From Amaricoccus sp. (GTDB taxonomy: Bacteria > Pseudomonadota > Alphaproteobacteria > Rhodobacterales > Rhodobacteraceae): a stretch of 64,000 nt of DNA. A model generated the notes under the pieces. It made no database searches and had not been told where the DNA came from. It saw only the letters and a program-made list of their open reading frames with translations. The DNA lies in assembly GCA_044223585.1 (NCBI GenBank), contig JBGALW010000001.1, forward strand, positions 7,276 through 71,275, written 5' to 3'. This document shows positions 37,945 to 47,319 of this stretch, one piece after another (positions within the stretch are counted from its first letter, which is position 1; every line of letters begins with the position of its first letter). The translations under genes and the position numbers were made by a program.

Positions 37945-38752
37945 TGGTGATGTCCTTCGTGAAAATGCGCAGCGCAGCCTGAAACTCCGCCACATGGGCG
38001 CGCCTGTCCCGGCCCTTGGGCGTGATCTCGACCAGCCGTGCGCCCGGAATTGCGGCAGCGAGCGTCCGGGCATGCGCAAGGGGGTGGATCGCATCCTCGG
38101 CGGTCCCGACCACGAGACATGGAATGTCGAGACGCCCCAGGTCGTCCGGACCGACGCCGGGTCCGTCTGAGGAAATCCGGGTCAGGAGTTCCGAGGTCAC
38201 TGCGCGCGGCTCGCGCTCGAAGAACCCAAGCAGCGATGCCAGGTTGTCCGGCGCAGTCTGGGCGAGGCATCGGCCGATCGGGCTTTGCCTGAACATCTCG
38301 CCCTCGCCTTCGATCCGGGGTTTGGCCAGCCTGCGGCCGACCTCGATATTGGGCTCCAGGTTCTCCGGGCCCGCGGCCGTCACCCAGGCCGGTCGAGCCA
38401 GGACGAGGGCGCGAACGAGGTCGGGCCGGGTGACGGCGAGCCGCAGGGCAATCGCGGCGCCCATCGAGATCCCGCCGACGAAAAGCGGCAGCTCGCCGGG
38501 CTCCATGGCCGCCGCGACGTCCTCGGCGAAGCGGGCGATCGTGAGGGCCGCAGGATCACCCGCTTCCGATCCGCCGTGGCCGCGGCACTCCAGAGTCGCC
38601 GCGGAGACAACATCGTGCGGGATGACCTCCATCGTCTGGCCCGCGTCGCCGCAGAGCCCGTGCTGCAGAAAGCCGACCGTCCCCACACCTGGCCCCCGGG
38701 CTAGCCTCAGCGTCAGCCCGTCACGCCGGAACGGTTCGAATGAAATGCTCAT
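37937..38752 (-). CDS. Alpha/beta hydrolase
   Basis: QHGLCG, CRGHGGS, GISMG nucleophile elbow. Confidence 0.85.
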   Translation of the reverse strand: MSISFEPFRRDGLTLRLARGPGVGTVGFLQHGLCGDAGQTMEVIPHDVVSAATLECRGHGGSEAGDPAALTIARFAEDVAAAMEPGELPLFVGGISMGAAIALRLAVTRPDLVRALVLARPAWVTAAGPENLEPNIEVGRRLAKPRIEGEGEMFRQSPIGRCLAQTAPDNLASLLGFFEREPRAVTSELLTRISSDGPGVGPDDLGRLDIPCLVVGTAEDAIHPLAHARTLAAAIPGARLVEITPKGRDRRAHVAEFQAALRIFTKDITNG

Positions 38753-39576
38753 TCGACGCCCGCGATGCCACGCAGCCGTTCCGCCACCGCCGGCGCCTCG
38801 TCCGGCAGGCAGCCGTGGGTGACTAGGGGGCCATCGAAGCCGGCGGCTCTCAATCTTGCGACGAAGCGCCCGAAATCGACGACGCCTGTCCCCGCGGCGA
38901 CGAATGCTCCGCTCGGCGAGCGATCCTTGGCATGCGCCATGGTGATGCGCGGACCGAGCCGTTCGATGGCATCGTCAATCACCCTGGTTCGGGTCGCGTC
39001 ATCCGCCTGTTCGAACAGGTTGGCGGGATCGAGCACAATCTTTAGGCGCGGGTCGGGCAGGTCCTCCAGCAGGCGCGCCGCCGCGCCTGCGTCGCCGACA
39101 ACATTGGCGAGCTCGGGCTCGATGCCGAGATCGATGCCGTGGAGCGTCGCGGCCTCCAGGGCATCGCCCATCGACGCGAGCATGTCGGCCCAGGCCGCGG
39201 GGCTGGCATTGTTGGGATGCGCCCGCCACTGATCCTGCGCATCCCGGCTGCCGGTGCAGAGCGTGACGAGCGGCGCGCCAATGGCGCGCGCCGTGGCAAT
39301 CACCACCCGCAGCCGCCGCGCCCCCTCGGCGCGGGCCTCGGGGTCAGGATGGGCCATATTGTAGGTGCCGGACAGGCCGACGATCCGCACGCCGCTGGAC
39401 GCCGCCGCCGCCACGATCTCGGCGCAGGCTGCGGGGGCGATCGCGTCCGGCATCGACGGCAGGCCCGAACAGGCGAGGTTGTAGTGGACGCTCCGATAGC
39501 CGGCCGCGCGCGCAGCACGCATCACCTCGGCGGGCGTTGCGCCGGGGAAGGTCTTGGCGAAGATGCCGAGCTGCAT
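38749..39576 (-). CDS. Sugar phosphate isomerase/epimerase (xylose isomerase-like TIM barrel)
   Basis: GIEPE, LDPANL, HAKD, GTGVVDF. Confidence 0.85.
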   Translation of the reverse strand: MQLGIFAKTFPGATPAEVMRAARAAGYRSVHYNLACSGLPSMPDAIAPAACAEIVAAAASSGVRIVGLSGTYNMAHPDPEARAEGARRLRVVIATARAIGAPLVTLCTGSRDAQDQWRAHPNNASPAAWADMLASMGDALEAATLHGIDLGIEPELANVVGDAGAAARLLEDLPDPRLKIVLDPANLFEQADDATRTRVIDDAIERLGPRITMAHAKDRSPSGAFVAAGTGVVDFGRFVARLRAAGFDGPLVTHGCLPDEAPAVAERLRGIAGVE

Positions 39577-40643
39577 CAGACCGCTCCAGAGAGTCCGGCG
39601 AGTTCGACGCGCTCGCCCCTCTCGACCGACAGCGCGATCGCCCGCATCGCCTGCATCGAGGCCAGCCCGTCCTCGATCGATGCCCCCTCCATCGGCGCGC
39701 CTTCGAGGATCGTCCGTGCGAAACCTTCGACCTGCCGGCGGTAGAAGTGACCATCCTCGCCCAGGATGCGTCGGGTCTCGCCCGTCCGCTCGTGAAAGAT
39801 GTCTACCTCCGAGGACCGATAGTACCAGGGGTTGAAGGTCCGGCCCAGAATCGAGCCGTTCTCGCCGTAGATCTGAAAGCCCTCGTGCCAGTCCATCCGT
39901 ACCGCGACGGTCAGGTCGAGATGCCCCAGGACCCCGTTCGCGAATTCTGTCTCGATGAACCAGCAGAACATGCCGCGCTGGTCCGACAGCCGCGCCCGGA
40001 CGGCTGTGATCGGTCCGGCGAGATAGCGGGCCGTGTCGACGAGGTGCGAGCCGTGCCCGAGGACATAGTAGCGGCGCTTGTCGCCCTTGGGGTCTCCCGC
40101 AGGGCGCTTCGAGGCGGTCGAAGTCACGATCAGCGGCTGAACCGCGTCGGTCATCGGATAGCGCCGGGTGCTGTCGCAGTACCAGGCCTTCAAAGCGACC
40201 AGATGTCCCATCTCGGTGTCGATGAAGGCGCGGGCCGACTGGATCCCCGGGTCGAACCGCTTCATATGGCCGACCATGTAGGTCAGGCCTGTCTCCTTCA
40301 CCAGGTCCGCCAGGTCGGCGGTCTCTTCCATCGAGGTCCCGACGGGCTTTTCGCTCAGCACGTGCTTTCCGGCGCGCAGCGCCTTGATCGCGGCGGGAAC
40401 ATGGAAGGCGTCGGCGGTGGCGATGATCACCGCGTCGAGATCCGGATCAGCCAGCATGGCGTCGTAGTCCGCGTAGGTCTTGTCGGGTGCATGGGTCGCC
40501 GCCATGCGCTCGCGAAGATCGTCGGCGAGATCGCAGATCGCGTAGAGCCTGGCGTTCCTCGCTTTGGTGCAGCTCTCGAAATGCGCCGACTGGGCGATCT
40601 GGCCGGCGCCGAGGACGCCGATGTTAAGTTTCGTCTTGCTCAT
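39576..40643 (-). CDS. Gfo/Idh/MocA family oxidoreductase
   Basis: GVLGAGQIA, HVLSEKP, GHMKRFDP, HGSHLVD. Confidence 0.9.
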   Translation of the reverse strand: MSKTKLNIGVLGAGQIAQSAHFESCTKARNARLYAICDLADDLRERMAATHAPDKTYADYDAMLADPDLDAVIIATADAFHVPAAIKALRAGKHVLSEKPVGTSMEETADLADLVKETGLTYMVGHMKRFDPGIQSARAFIDTEMGHLVALKAWYCDSTRRYPMTDAVQPLIVTSTASKRPAGDPKGDKRRYYVLGHGSHLVDTARYLAGPITAVRARLSDQRGMFCWFIETEFANGVLGHLDLTVAVRMDWHEGFQIYGENGSILGRTFNPWYYRSSEVDIFHERTGETRRILGEDGHFYRRQVEGFARTILEGAPMEGASIEDGLASMQAMRAIALSVERGERVELAGLSGAV

Positions 40644-41716
40644 TGCATCACCATTGTCCGGATACGTTCATCTGTGGCGGCGTCGAACAGCACCAGCCGG
40701 CTGGCGTCGACGCCGATCGGTACGGCCTCGCCCTTGCGCAGGCGGCAGCCGGCGGGAAAACGCGCGGTGATTTCGCTCGCCCCGAGACGAAGCACGACGA
40801 AGGTTTCGGGCCCGGTCGGCTCCACTACCTCGATCGTCGCCTCCAGCGTCTCGCCGGCTGGAGTCAGCACGATCTGCTCGGGCCGGACGCCGACCTGCAC
40901 CGGGCCCGCCGGGATCGCCCCGGGCGGCTGGCCCGAAGCGATGCACTGCCCACCGAGGTCAAGCCGGTTGTCGGGGGTGAGCACAGCCGGCAGGACGTTC
41001 ATCGCCGGCGAGCCCATGAAGGTGGCGACGAAGATGTTTGCCGGTTCGTTGTATATCTCGTCGGGCGTTCCGAACTGCTGCACGACGCCGTCCTTCATCA
41101 CCGCAATCCGGGTCGCGAGCGTCATTGCCTCGACTTGGTCGTGGGTGACATAGACCGTTGTCGTCCTTACCCGAGCATGGAGTTTCTTGATTTCGGTCCG
41201 CATGTCGACCCGCAGCTTGGCATCGAGGTTCGAGAGCGGCTCGTCGAAGAGGAAGACTTCCGGGTCGCGCACCAGCGCCCGCCCCATAGCGACGCGCTGA
41301 CGCTGGCCGCCCGAGAGCTGGCCGGGTTTGCGGTCGAAGAGGTGGTCAATTTGCAGCTGCTCGGCTACGAGATGTGCCTGCGCCAACCGCTCGGCCTTGC
41401 CGAGCCCGCTCATGCGCAGCGGGAAAGCCATGTTCTCGCCTACCGACATCGAGGGGTAAAGGGCGTAGCTCTGGAACACCATGGCGATGTCGCGGGCGCG
41501 CGGCTCCAGCCTGCTCACATCGCGGCCGCCGATCATGATCGCACCCTCGCTGATCGGGGTGAGCCCGGCGATGCAATTGAGTAGTGTCGACTTTCCGCAG
41601 CCTGAGGGGCCGACCAGCACCAGGAACTCGCCGTCCTCAATGCGCAGGTCGATGTCCTTCAGGATGTCGACCGCCCCATAGCGCTTGGCCACGGATCTGA
41701 TGTGCAAGCTAGCCAT
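40640..41716 (-). CDS. CUT1 sugar ABC transporter ATP-binding protein (MalK-like)
   Basis: GPSGCGKSTLL, LSGGQRQRVAMGRA, DEPLSNLD. Confidence 0.93.
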   Translation of the reverse strand: MASLHIRSVAKRYGAVDILKDIDLRIEDGEFLVLVGPSGCGKSTLLNCIAGLTPISEGAIMIGGRDVSRLEPRARDIAMVFQSYALYPSMSVGENMAFPLRMSGLGKAERLAQAHLVAEQLQIDHLFDRKPGQLSGGQRQRVAMGRALVRDPEVFLFDEPLSNLDAKLRVDMRTEIKKLHARVRTTTVYVTHDQVEAMTLATRIAVMKDGVVQQFGTPDEIYNEPANIFVATFMGSPAMNVLPAVLTPDNRLDLGGQCIASGQPPGAIPAGPVQVGVRPEQIVLTPAGETLEATIEVVEPTGPETFVVLRLGASEITARFPAGCRLRKGEAVPIGVDASRLVLFDAATDERIRTMVMQ

Positions 41717-41719
41717 GGC

Positions 41720-42619
41720 CTATCCCTTCACTGATCCGGACATCAGTCCGCGCACGAAATGCCGTCCCCCGACCACGTAGACGATGATCGTGGGGACGGC
41801 GGCGATCATCGCGGCGGCCATGTCGACGTTGTAGGCCTTGGTCCCGGTCGAGGTGTTGACGAGGTTGTTGAGCGCCACCATCAGCGGCCGACTCTCCGCA
41901 CCGGAGAATGAGGCGCCGAAGAGGAAGTCGTTCCAGATGGAGGTGAACTGCCAGATCACCGCGACTACGGCGATCGGCGCCGAGACCGGCACGATGATGA
42001 GGAGAAGGATCTCCCAGAACCCCGCGCCGTCGACGCGCGCGGCGCTGATCAGTTCGTCCGGAATGGTGACGTAGAAGTTCCGGAAGAACAGCGTCGTGAA
42101 GGCGATGCCATAGCAGACATGCACCAGGATCAGCCCCGCCAGCGACCCCGACAGGCCGATGACGCCAAGCACCCGCGCCATCGGGATGAGCACGATCTGG
42201 AACGGGATGAAGCAGCCGAAGAGCAGCAGGGCGAAGAGGATCGTGTCACCGCGGAACCGCCACTTGGCGAGGCTGTAGCCGCTCAACCCGCCGATCGCGA
42301 CGGAGAACGCCACGGCGAAGACGGTCATGATGATCGAGTTGGCAAAATAGCCGCGGAGTCCCTCGCAGGCGACCGCGATGCAGGCCTCGGACCAGGCCAG
42401 CCGCCACGCGGCAAGGCTCGGATCCCTCGGCGGCGTCAGGATCGTGGTCTCGCCGTAGGGGGCGGCGCCCGTGATCTCGGGCATCGACTTCAGCGAGGTG
42501 AAGATCATCGCGACGAGTGGCAGCAAGAAGGCGACGGCCGCTATGACCAGCACCCCATAGACTAGGGCTCTGGAGAGGACGGCGCCGGAGCCGCGGAGAG
42601 GAACCGGATCGTCAGCCAT
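41720..42619 (-). CDS. Carbohydrate ABC transporter permease
   Basis: ISAARVDGA EAA-like loop, IWNDFLFG. Confidence 0.92.
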   Translation of the reverse strand: MADDPVPLRGSGAVLSRALVYGVLVIAAVAFLLPLVAMIFTSLKSMPEITGAAPYGETTILTPPRDPSLAAWRLAWSEACIAVACEGLRGYFANSIIMTVFAVAFSVAIGGLSGYSLAKWRFRGDTILFALLLFGCFIPFQIVLIPMARVLGVIGLSGSLAGLILVHVCYGIAFTTLFFRNFYVTIPDELISAARVDGAGFWEILLLIIVPVSAPIAVVAVIWQFTSIWNDFLFGASFSGAESRPLMVALNNLVNTSTGTKAYNVDMAAAMIAAVPTIIVYVVGGRHFVRGLMSGSVKG

Positions 42620-43496
42620 GGCGAGCCCCCGCGGGTGTGCGCAGTTCGGAATAGAGGTACGGCACGATCAGGATGGCGATCATGACCAGCATCATCACCG
42701 CGCTGGCCGCGCCCATCGCCATCTCGCTGCGGGTGAAGGTAAAGGCATACATGAATGTGGAGGGAAGCTCAGTCGAGTAGCCGGGGCCGCCCTTGGTCAG
42801 CGCGACGACGAGATCGTAACTCTTGATCGCGAGATGCCCCTGGATGACGATCGCTGTCAGGAAGGCCGGGCGCAGCTGGGGAATGATGACGAAGCGGTAG
42901 ATGTGCCAGCCGCGGGCGCCGTCGATACGGGCGGCGGCCATAACCTCGGGGTTGATGCCCCGAAGAGCGGCGAGGAAGGTTGCCATCACGAATCCCGAGG
43001 CCTGCCAGACGCCGGCGATGACCACGCAGTAGATCGCCATGTCGTTGCGCTTGATCCAGTCGAAGCGAAAGCTCTCCCAGCCCCAGACGCGCATCGCATG
43101 CTCGAGGCCGAGGTCTGGCGACAGGATCCACTGCCAGGCGACGCCGGTGACGATGAAGCTCAGCGCCATGGGGTAGAGATAGATCGACCGCAGGACGCCC
43201 TCCTGCCGGATGCGCTGGTCTAGAAGGATGGCGAGGCCGAGGCCGATGGCGAGAGTGAGCACGATGTAGAGGGTGCCGAAGATCGCGAAGTTGTGCATCG
43301 CGACTGACCAGCGGGGATGTACCCAGACGCGCGCGTACTGCTCGAAGCCGACCCAGTGCGTGAAGCTCGGCAAGAGCTTGGAATTAGTGAATGAAATGCC
43401 GATCGTGAAGGCGATGAAGCCGTAGACGGTCACCCCGACGATCAGGATTGCGGGCAAGAGCGCGAGTTGCGGCGCCCATTGGGAAAGCCGTGACAT
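42612..43496 (-). CDS. Carbohydrate ABC transporter permease
   Basis: YLYPMALSFIVTG, AAARIDGA, GGPG. Confidence 0.92.
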   Translation of the reverse strand: MSRLSQWAPQLALLPAILIVGVTVYGFIAFTIGISFTNSKLLPSFTHWVGFEQYARVWVHPRWSVAMHNFAIFGTLYIVLTLAIGLGLAILLDQRIRQEGVLRSIYLYPMALSFIVTGVAWQWILSPDLGLEHAMRVWGWESFRFDWIKRNDMAIYCVVIAGVWQASGFVMATFLAALRGINPEVMAAARIDGARGWHIYRFVIIPQLRPAFLTAIVIQGHLAIKSYDLVVALTKGGPGYSTELPSTFMYAFTFTRSEMAMGAASAVMMLVMIAILIVPYLYSELRTPAGARHG

Positions 43497-43558
43497 CAGC
43501 GGGAGCCTCCGACTGCGGGAAAGGATGCCCGACGCCCGAGGGCGCCGGGCGGGGCAGA

Positions 43559-44803
43559 TCACTGCGCGGCGGCGACCGCAGCGACGAGCGCCTCCGCGGC
43601 GTCCTCATTCGACATATCGGAATTGAAATGCTGGGTGATCACGTCGAAATACGCCGCCTGCACCGCCGCCGGCTGGCCGTGGCCGTGCGCCAGCGAGCCG
43701 AACAGCGTTCCGTTCTTCATGGCCTCGTCGCGGTCCTTTGCCGACTGCTGGCCGCAGCTGTCGAACTTGTCCATCGGCACGTCGGTGCGTGCCGGGATCG
43801 AGCCCTTCGCCAAGTTGAAGGTTTCCTGGAACTCCGGAGACATCGCTGCCTCGGCCATTTTCAACTGCGCCGGCTTTTCGGCCTCCTTCACGTCAAACAT
43901 GGCGAGGAAGTCGGTGTTGAAAAGGAAAGAGCCCTGGGTGCCTGGCACCACCGAACAGAGAATGTCGACACCGGGCTTCATGCCGGCATTGATGACCTCT
44001 CCCTTCGCCCAGTCGCCCATGATTTGCATGCCTGCCTCACCACTCAGCACCATCGCAGTGGCAAGGTTCCAGTCGCGCCCGGCGAAGTTGGGGTCGGCAT
44101 ACCCGCGGATCCTGCGCATGATGTCGAAGACCTCGACCATCTTCTGCGAGCCCAGCGCCTCCGGGTCCGCTTCGATCACCGCCTTTCGGTAGAAATCGGG
44201 CCCTTCGGACAGGACCACGGCTTCCCAGATCGTTGCCTCCTGCCAGTTTTGCCCGCCGATGGCGATCGGAATAACACCCGCGGCCTTCAGCTTGTCGAGC
44301 GTGGCGAAGAACTCATCCCAGGTGGTGGGAGGCGTCAGGTCGTTGTCTTTGAACAGCTTGGCATTCATCCACATCCAGTGTGGCCGGTGCATGTTGACCG
44401 GTGCCGCGACCCAGTGACCATCGTACATGCCGAAGGCCTGCACCTGTTCCGGCACCACCTCGGACCAGTTGCCCGACACGGCGACGGCATCGAGGTTGCC
44501 GAGCAAGCCCTGTTCGGCCCATTCGCGGACGCTCATCCCGAGCATCTGCGCCGCCGTCGGCGGATCACCGGCCACCACGCGGGCGCGCAGCGCCGTCATC
44601 GCCGCTTCACCGCCGCCTCCTGCGACGGCCATGTCCCGCCAGCCGACGCCTTCGCTCGCGAGACGGTCCTTGAGCACGCCAACGGCGGCCCCTTCACCAC
44701 CTGACGTCCACCAGTGCATCACCTCAACCTCCTCGGCAGAGGCTGCCGAGGCTAGGCCCAGGCAAAGCGCCGCCGTGGCGAGAAGCTTCGCAACTCCGTT
44801 CAT
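43559..44803 (-). CDS. Sugar ABC transporter substrate-binding protein (glucose GtsA-like family)
   Basis: Signal peptide; HWWTSGGE, MQIMGDWAKGE, FNLAKGSIPAR. Confidence 0.92.
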   Translation of the reverse strand: MNGVAKLLATAALCLGLASAASAEEVEVMHWWTSGGEGAAVGVLKDRLASEGVGWRDMAVAGGGGEAAMTALRARVVAGDPPTAAQMLGMSVREWAEQGLLGNLDAVAVSGNWSEVVPEQVQAFGMYDGHWVAAPVNMHRPHWMWMNAKLFKDNDLTPPTTWDEFFATLDKLKAAGVIPIAIGGQNWQEATIWEAVVLSEGPDFYRKAVIEADPEALGSQKMVEVFDIMRRIRGYADPNFAGRDWNLATAMVLSGEAGMQIMGDWAKGEVINAGMKPGVDILCSVVPGTQGSFLFNTDFLAMFDVKEAEKPAQLKMAEAAMSPEFQETFNLAKGSIPARTDVPMDKFDSCGQQSAKDRDEAMKNGTLFGSLAHGHGQPAAVQAAYFDVITQHFNSDMSNEDAAEALVAAVAAAQ

Positions 44804-44848
44804 GACATTCCTCCCTTGCGCCGAATCGCAGGCACACTTTTTTTGTAG

Positions 44849-44860
44849 TGTTTCGAAACA
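44849..44860. promoter_or_regulatory. Palindromic putative operator in a divergent promoter
   Basis: TGTTTCGAAACA flanked by T and A tracts. Confidence 0.5.
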
Positions 44861-44907
44861 AAATAAAATCACCTACTCTGTCAAGAGGCGACGACAGGGG
44901 GCTTCAG

Positions 44908-46095
44908 ATGGCGACACCGCGAACCGTTCGGGAGATCAATCGGAGGCGGGCGCTGAGGCTTGCTTTGCGGACAGGTTCCGTAAGCCGCGCAAGCATAGCC
45001 CGGGACCTCGAAATGATGCGTTCGACATCGGGAAGCCTTATGGATCAGCTTCTTGATGAGGGGTCGTTGCGGCCCGCGCAGGCTAACCCGGATTTGCCTG
45101 GAAACCTTAGCGGCCGTCCGGCGCAGTATTTTGAGCTCAACCCATCCTTCGCCCATTTCATCGGCGTGGAGATCGGCGTCCGGCGTGTGCGCTTGCTCGC
45201 TCGGGACTTCCAGGGCCGGGCGCGACATACGGAAACCCGGGTCCTGGACCCGACTGAACGGCATCCGGACGCCGTATGCGATCAGGTGACCGCGATGGTC
45301 CGCAACGCGGTCCGAGAGTTGTGCTGGACCGAAGACGGAACGCTTTCTCTGGGTTTCACCGTCCCCGGAACTGTCGATCGTACCGGCACGATCGTCCTTG
45401 CTCCGATTCTGGAATGGCGAAACGTGTCGCTTGGCGGCAGATTGCGGGCTGCGTTCCCGGAGGTCGCATGCATCCTCTTCGAAAACGACTCCAACGCCTT
45501 CGCCATGGCAGAGATCGCCGAGGGCGCACTGATTGACGAGAGCCATGCGATCGCATTGTGGTTCGACGTCGGCGTAGGCGGAGCAATACTGGCTGAGGGG
45601 CGCCTAGCACGCGGCGCAGGCGGCTTTGCCGGGGAATTCGGCCATATGTTGTGGCACGTTGAGTCGGAGAAGGCGGGCTGCAGGCGGGCTCGCGTTGAGG
45701 ACATGCTCGGCCGCGATGGGTTGATCGCCGAAATACGCGAACTTTCGGCACCTGATGTCTCGCTTCAGGGCGTGGTTCAGCGCCTCGGGACACCGGGGGC
45801 CGAAGTAGAGGTCAGCAATGCGGTCCTGAGGTGGACTAGGCGCTGCGCCGCTTTTGTCGCCTCGCTGAGTTCGGCATTTAATCCTGGTATTGTCGTGCTT
45901 GGTGGGCCGATGTCTGAGCTGTTGCTTGGTGACCTTGGCCCTTTCAAGCGTGAGATAGAGGCCTCCATGTTCTCGGGCGACGCCAGCCCCAAGATCGTCC
46001 TGTCCCGGATTGGTCCGACCGCGCCGGCGGTGGGAGTTACTGTCATGTTGCGAGAAATGTTGATCGAAGCGAGTGGCGTGGCCGAGGCGGACTGA
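44908..46095 (+). CDS. ROK family transcriptional regulator
   Basis: N-terminal HTH (SRASIARDL), GRP, ENDSNA, GFAGEFGHM. Confidence 0.9.
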   Translation: MATPRTVREINRRRALRLALRTGSVSRASIARDLEMMRSTSGSLMDQLLDEGSLRPAQANPDLPGNLSGRPAQYFELNPSFAHFIGVEIGVRRVRLLARDFQGRARHTETRVLDPTERHPDAVCDQVTAMVRNAVRELCWTEDGTLSLGFTVPGTVDRTGTIVLAPILEWRNVSLGGRLRAAFPEVACILFENDSNAFAMAEIAEGALIDESHAIALWFDVGVGGAILAEGRLARGAGGFAGEFGHMLWHVESEKAGCRRARVEDMLGRDGLIAEIRELSAPDVSLQGVVQRLGTPGAEVEVSNAVLRWTRRCAAFVASLSSAFNPGIVVLGGPMSELLLGDLGPFKREIEASMFSGDASPKIVLSRIGPTAPAVGVTVMLREMLIEASGVAEAD

Positions 46096-46305
46096 ACCGG
46101 TACGCCCGCTCTGGATGTCGTGCGGCAGGCCGAAATCGAACGGCGTCCAGTCGCCCGGCTCAGCCGCAGCGTCCCGTCGCGGCGTGCGGATACTTCTCCT
46201 TGGCTCTCCGGCCCGGGCGCCGTTTCCTCCCGCGTGGCTGGCTCGACGTGCACGTCCTCCCGGGCGAAGGGCAGCGGACTTCATCAAGACCGACCGCCGC
46301 TCGGG

Positions 46306-47319
46306 TCAATGCCGGCCCTCCCAGGGATCCTTAGGCAGAAATACTTCGAGCACACCCCTCCGACCACCTCGCCGCCCGACCTGAACCACCATGTCGATGG
46401 TTTGGGACGCGTACTCGAGAACATCCCGCCGAGTTTGCCGATTGCCTGCCCGCATAACCATTAGCGCCAGTCGCTCCAGTGCCAGCACTGGGCTGTCAGC
46501 ATGAATCGTGCTGATCGAACCGGGATGTCCCGTGTTGATCGCCTCCAGGAATGCGAGCGCTTCTTCGCCACGCATTTCGCCTAGGATCAGCCTGTCCGGC
46601 CGCATCCGAAGCGCTGCGACCAGCAGTTTCGCCGGCGTCCGCTCGGACGTCTCCGCTCGCTCAGCGATCAGCGCGACGCTATTCTCGTGCGGCAGGTGCA
46701 GTTCGCGCGCATCCTCGATCGTCACCAGCCGCTCTGCCCGGTCGGCCAACGACAGCAGCGCCCGCGCCACCGTAGTTTTGCCCGAGGAGGTGCCGCCCGA
46801 GACGAGGATGTTCATCCGCTGGTCAATCGCCTGCTGGAACAGCTCGGCTAGCCGGCCGGTCTCGGCCAGCTGGCCGAGCTCGGCGAGCCGTGCGCGCCGC
46901 TCCCCCTCGACGCTAACTTGTCGCCCTTCCAGGAACCCGATTTCGGCGACATCGAGGATCCGCGACACGTACTTCCTGATCGACAGCGACGCCCCTTCCT
47001 CGACCGCCGGCGGCACGACGATCTGCACCCTCAGGACCTGCCCGAAGGCATGCAGGCTGCCCGAGACGATCGGATGCTTCGGCCCGAGCCGGTTCATCGT
47101 CTCGCCGGCGAGGTGCTTGCTCAGCTGCAGCACCTTCCCCGGCGGAAACTGGTGCCCGGTCTTGACCATGTGCTCGGCGTCGGCGCGCTCGGCCCAGACG
47201 ACCCCGTCAGGGTTGATCACCACCTCGTTAATGTCGTCAGCAACGAGCAGCGACCGGAGCTCGCGGAGGTCGTGCTCGGCATGGCTGCTGGAGGCGAGCA
47301 GAGCAGGGATCTCGCCCAT
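46306..47319 (-). CDS. virB11: T4SS ATPase VirB11
   Basis: GGTSSGKTT, TIEDAREL, LRMRPDRLILGE, NTGHPGSISTIHA. Confidence 0.95.
   Translation of the reverse strand: MGEIPALLASSSHAEHDLRELRSLLVADDINEVVINPDGVVWAERADAEHMVKTGHQFPPGKVLQLSKHLAGETMNRLGPKHPIVSGSLHAFGQVLRVQIVVPPAVEEGASLSIRKYVSRILDVAEIGFLEGRQVSVEGERRARLAELGQLAETGRLAELFQQAIDQRMNILVSGGTSSGKTTVARALLSLADRAERLVTIEDARELHLPHENSVALIAERAETSERTPAKLLVAALRMRPDRLILGEMRGEEALAFLEAINTGHPGSISTIHADSPVLALERLALMVMRAGNRQTRRDVLEYASQTIDMVVQVGRRGGRRGVLEVFLPKDPWEGRH

Noticed and set aside
25482-46095. A true T-DNA delimited by two borders
   Set aside because: Only one full border-like 25-mer was found; other CAGGATAT hits (~8530, ~25028, ~30315, ~34429) lack the rest of the consensus. 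No virA, virG, virE or plant-type genes are present.
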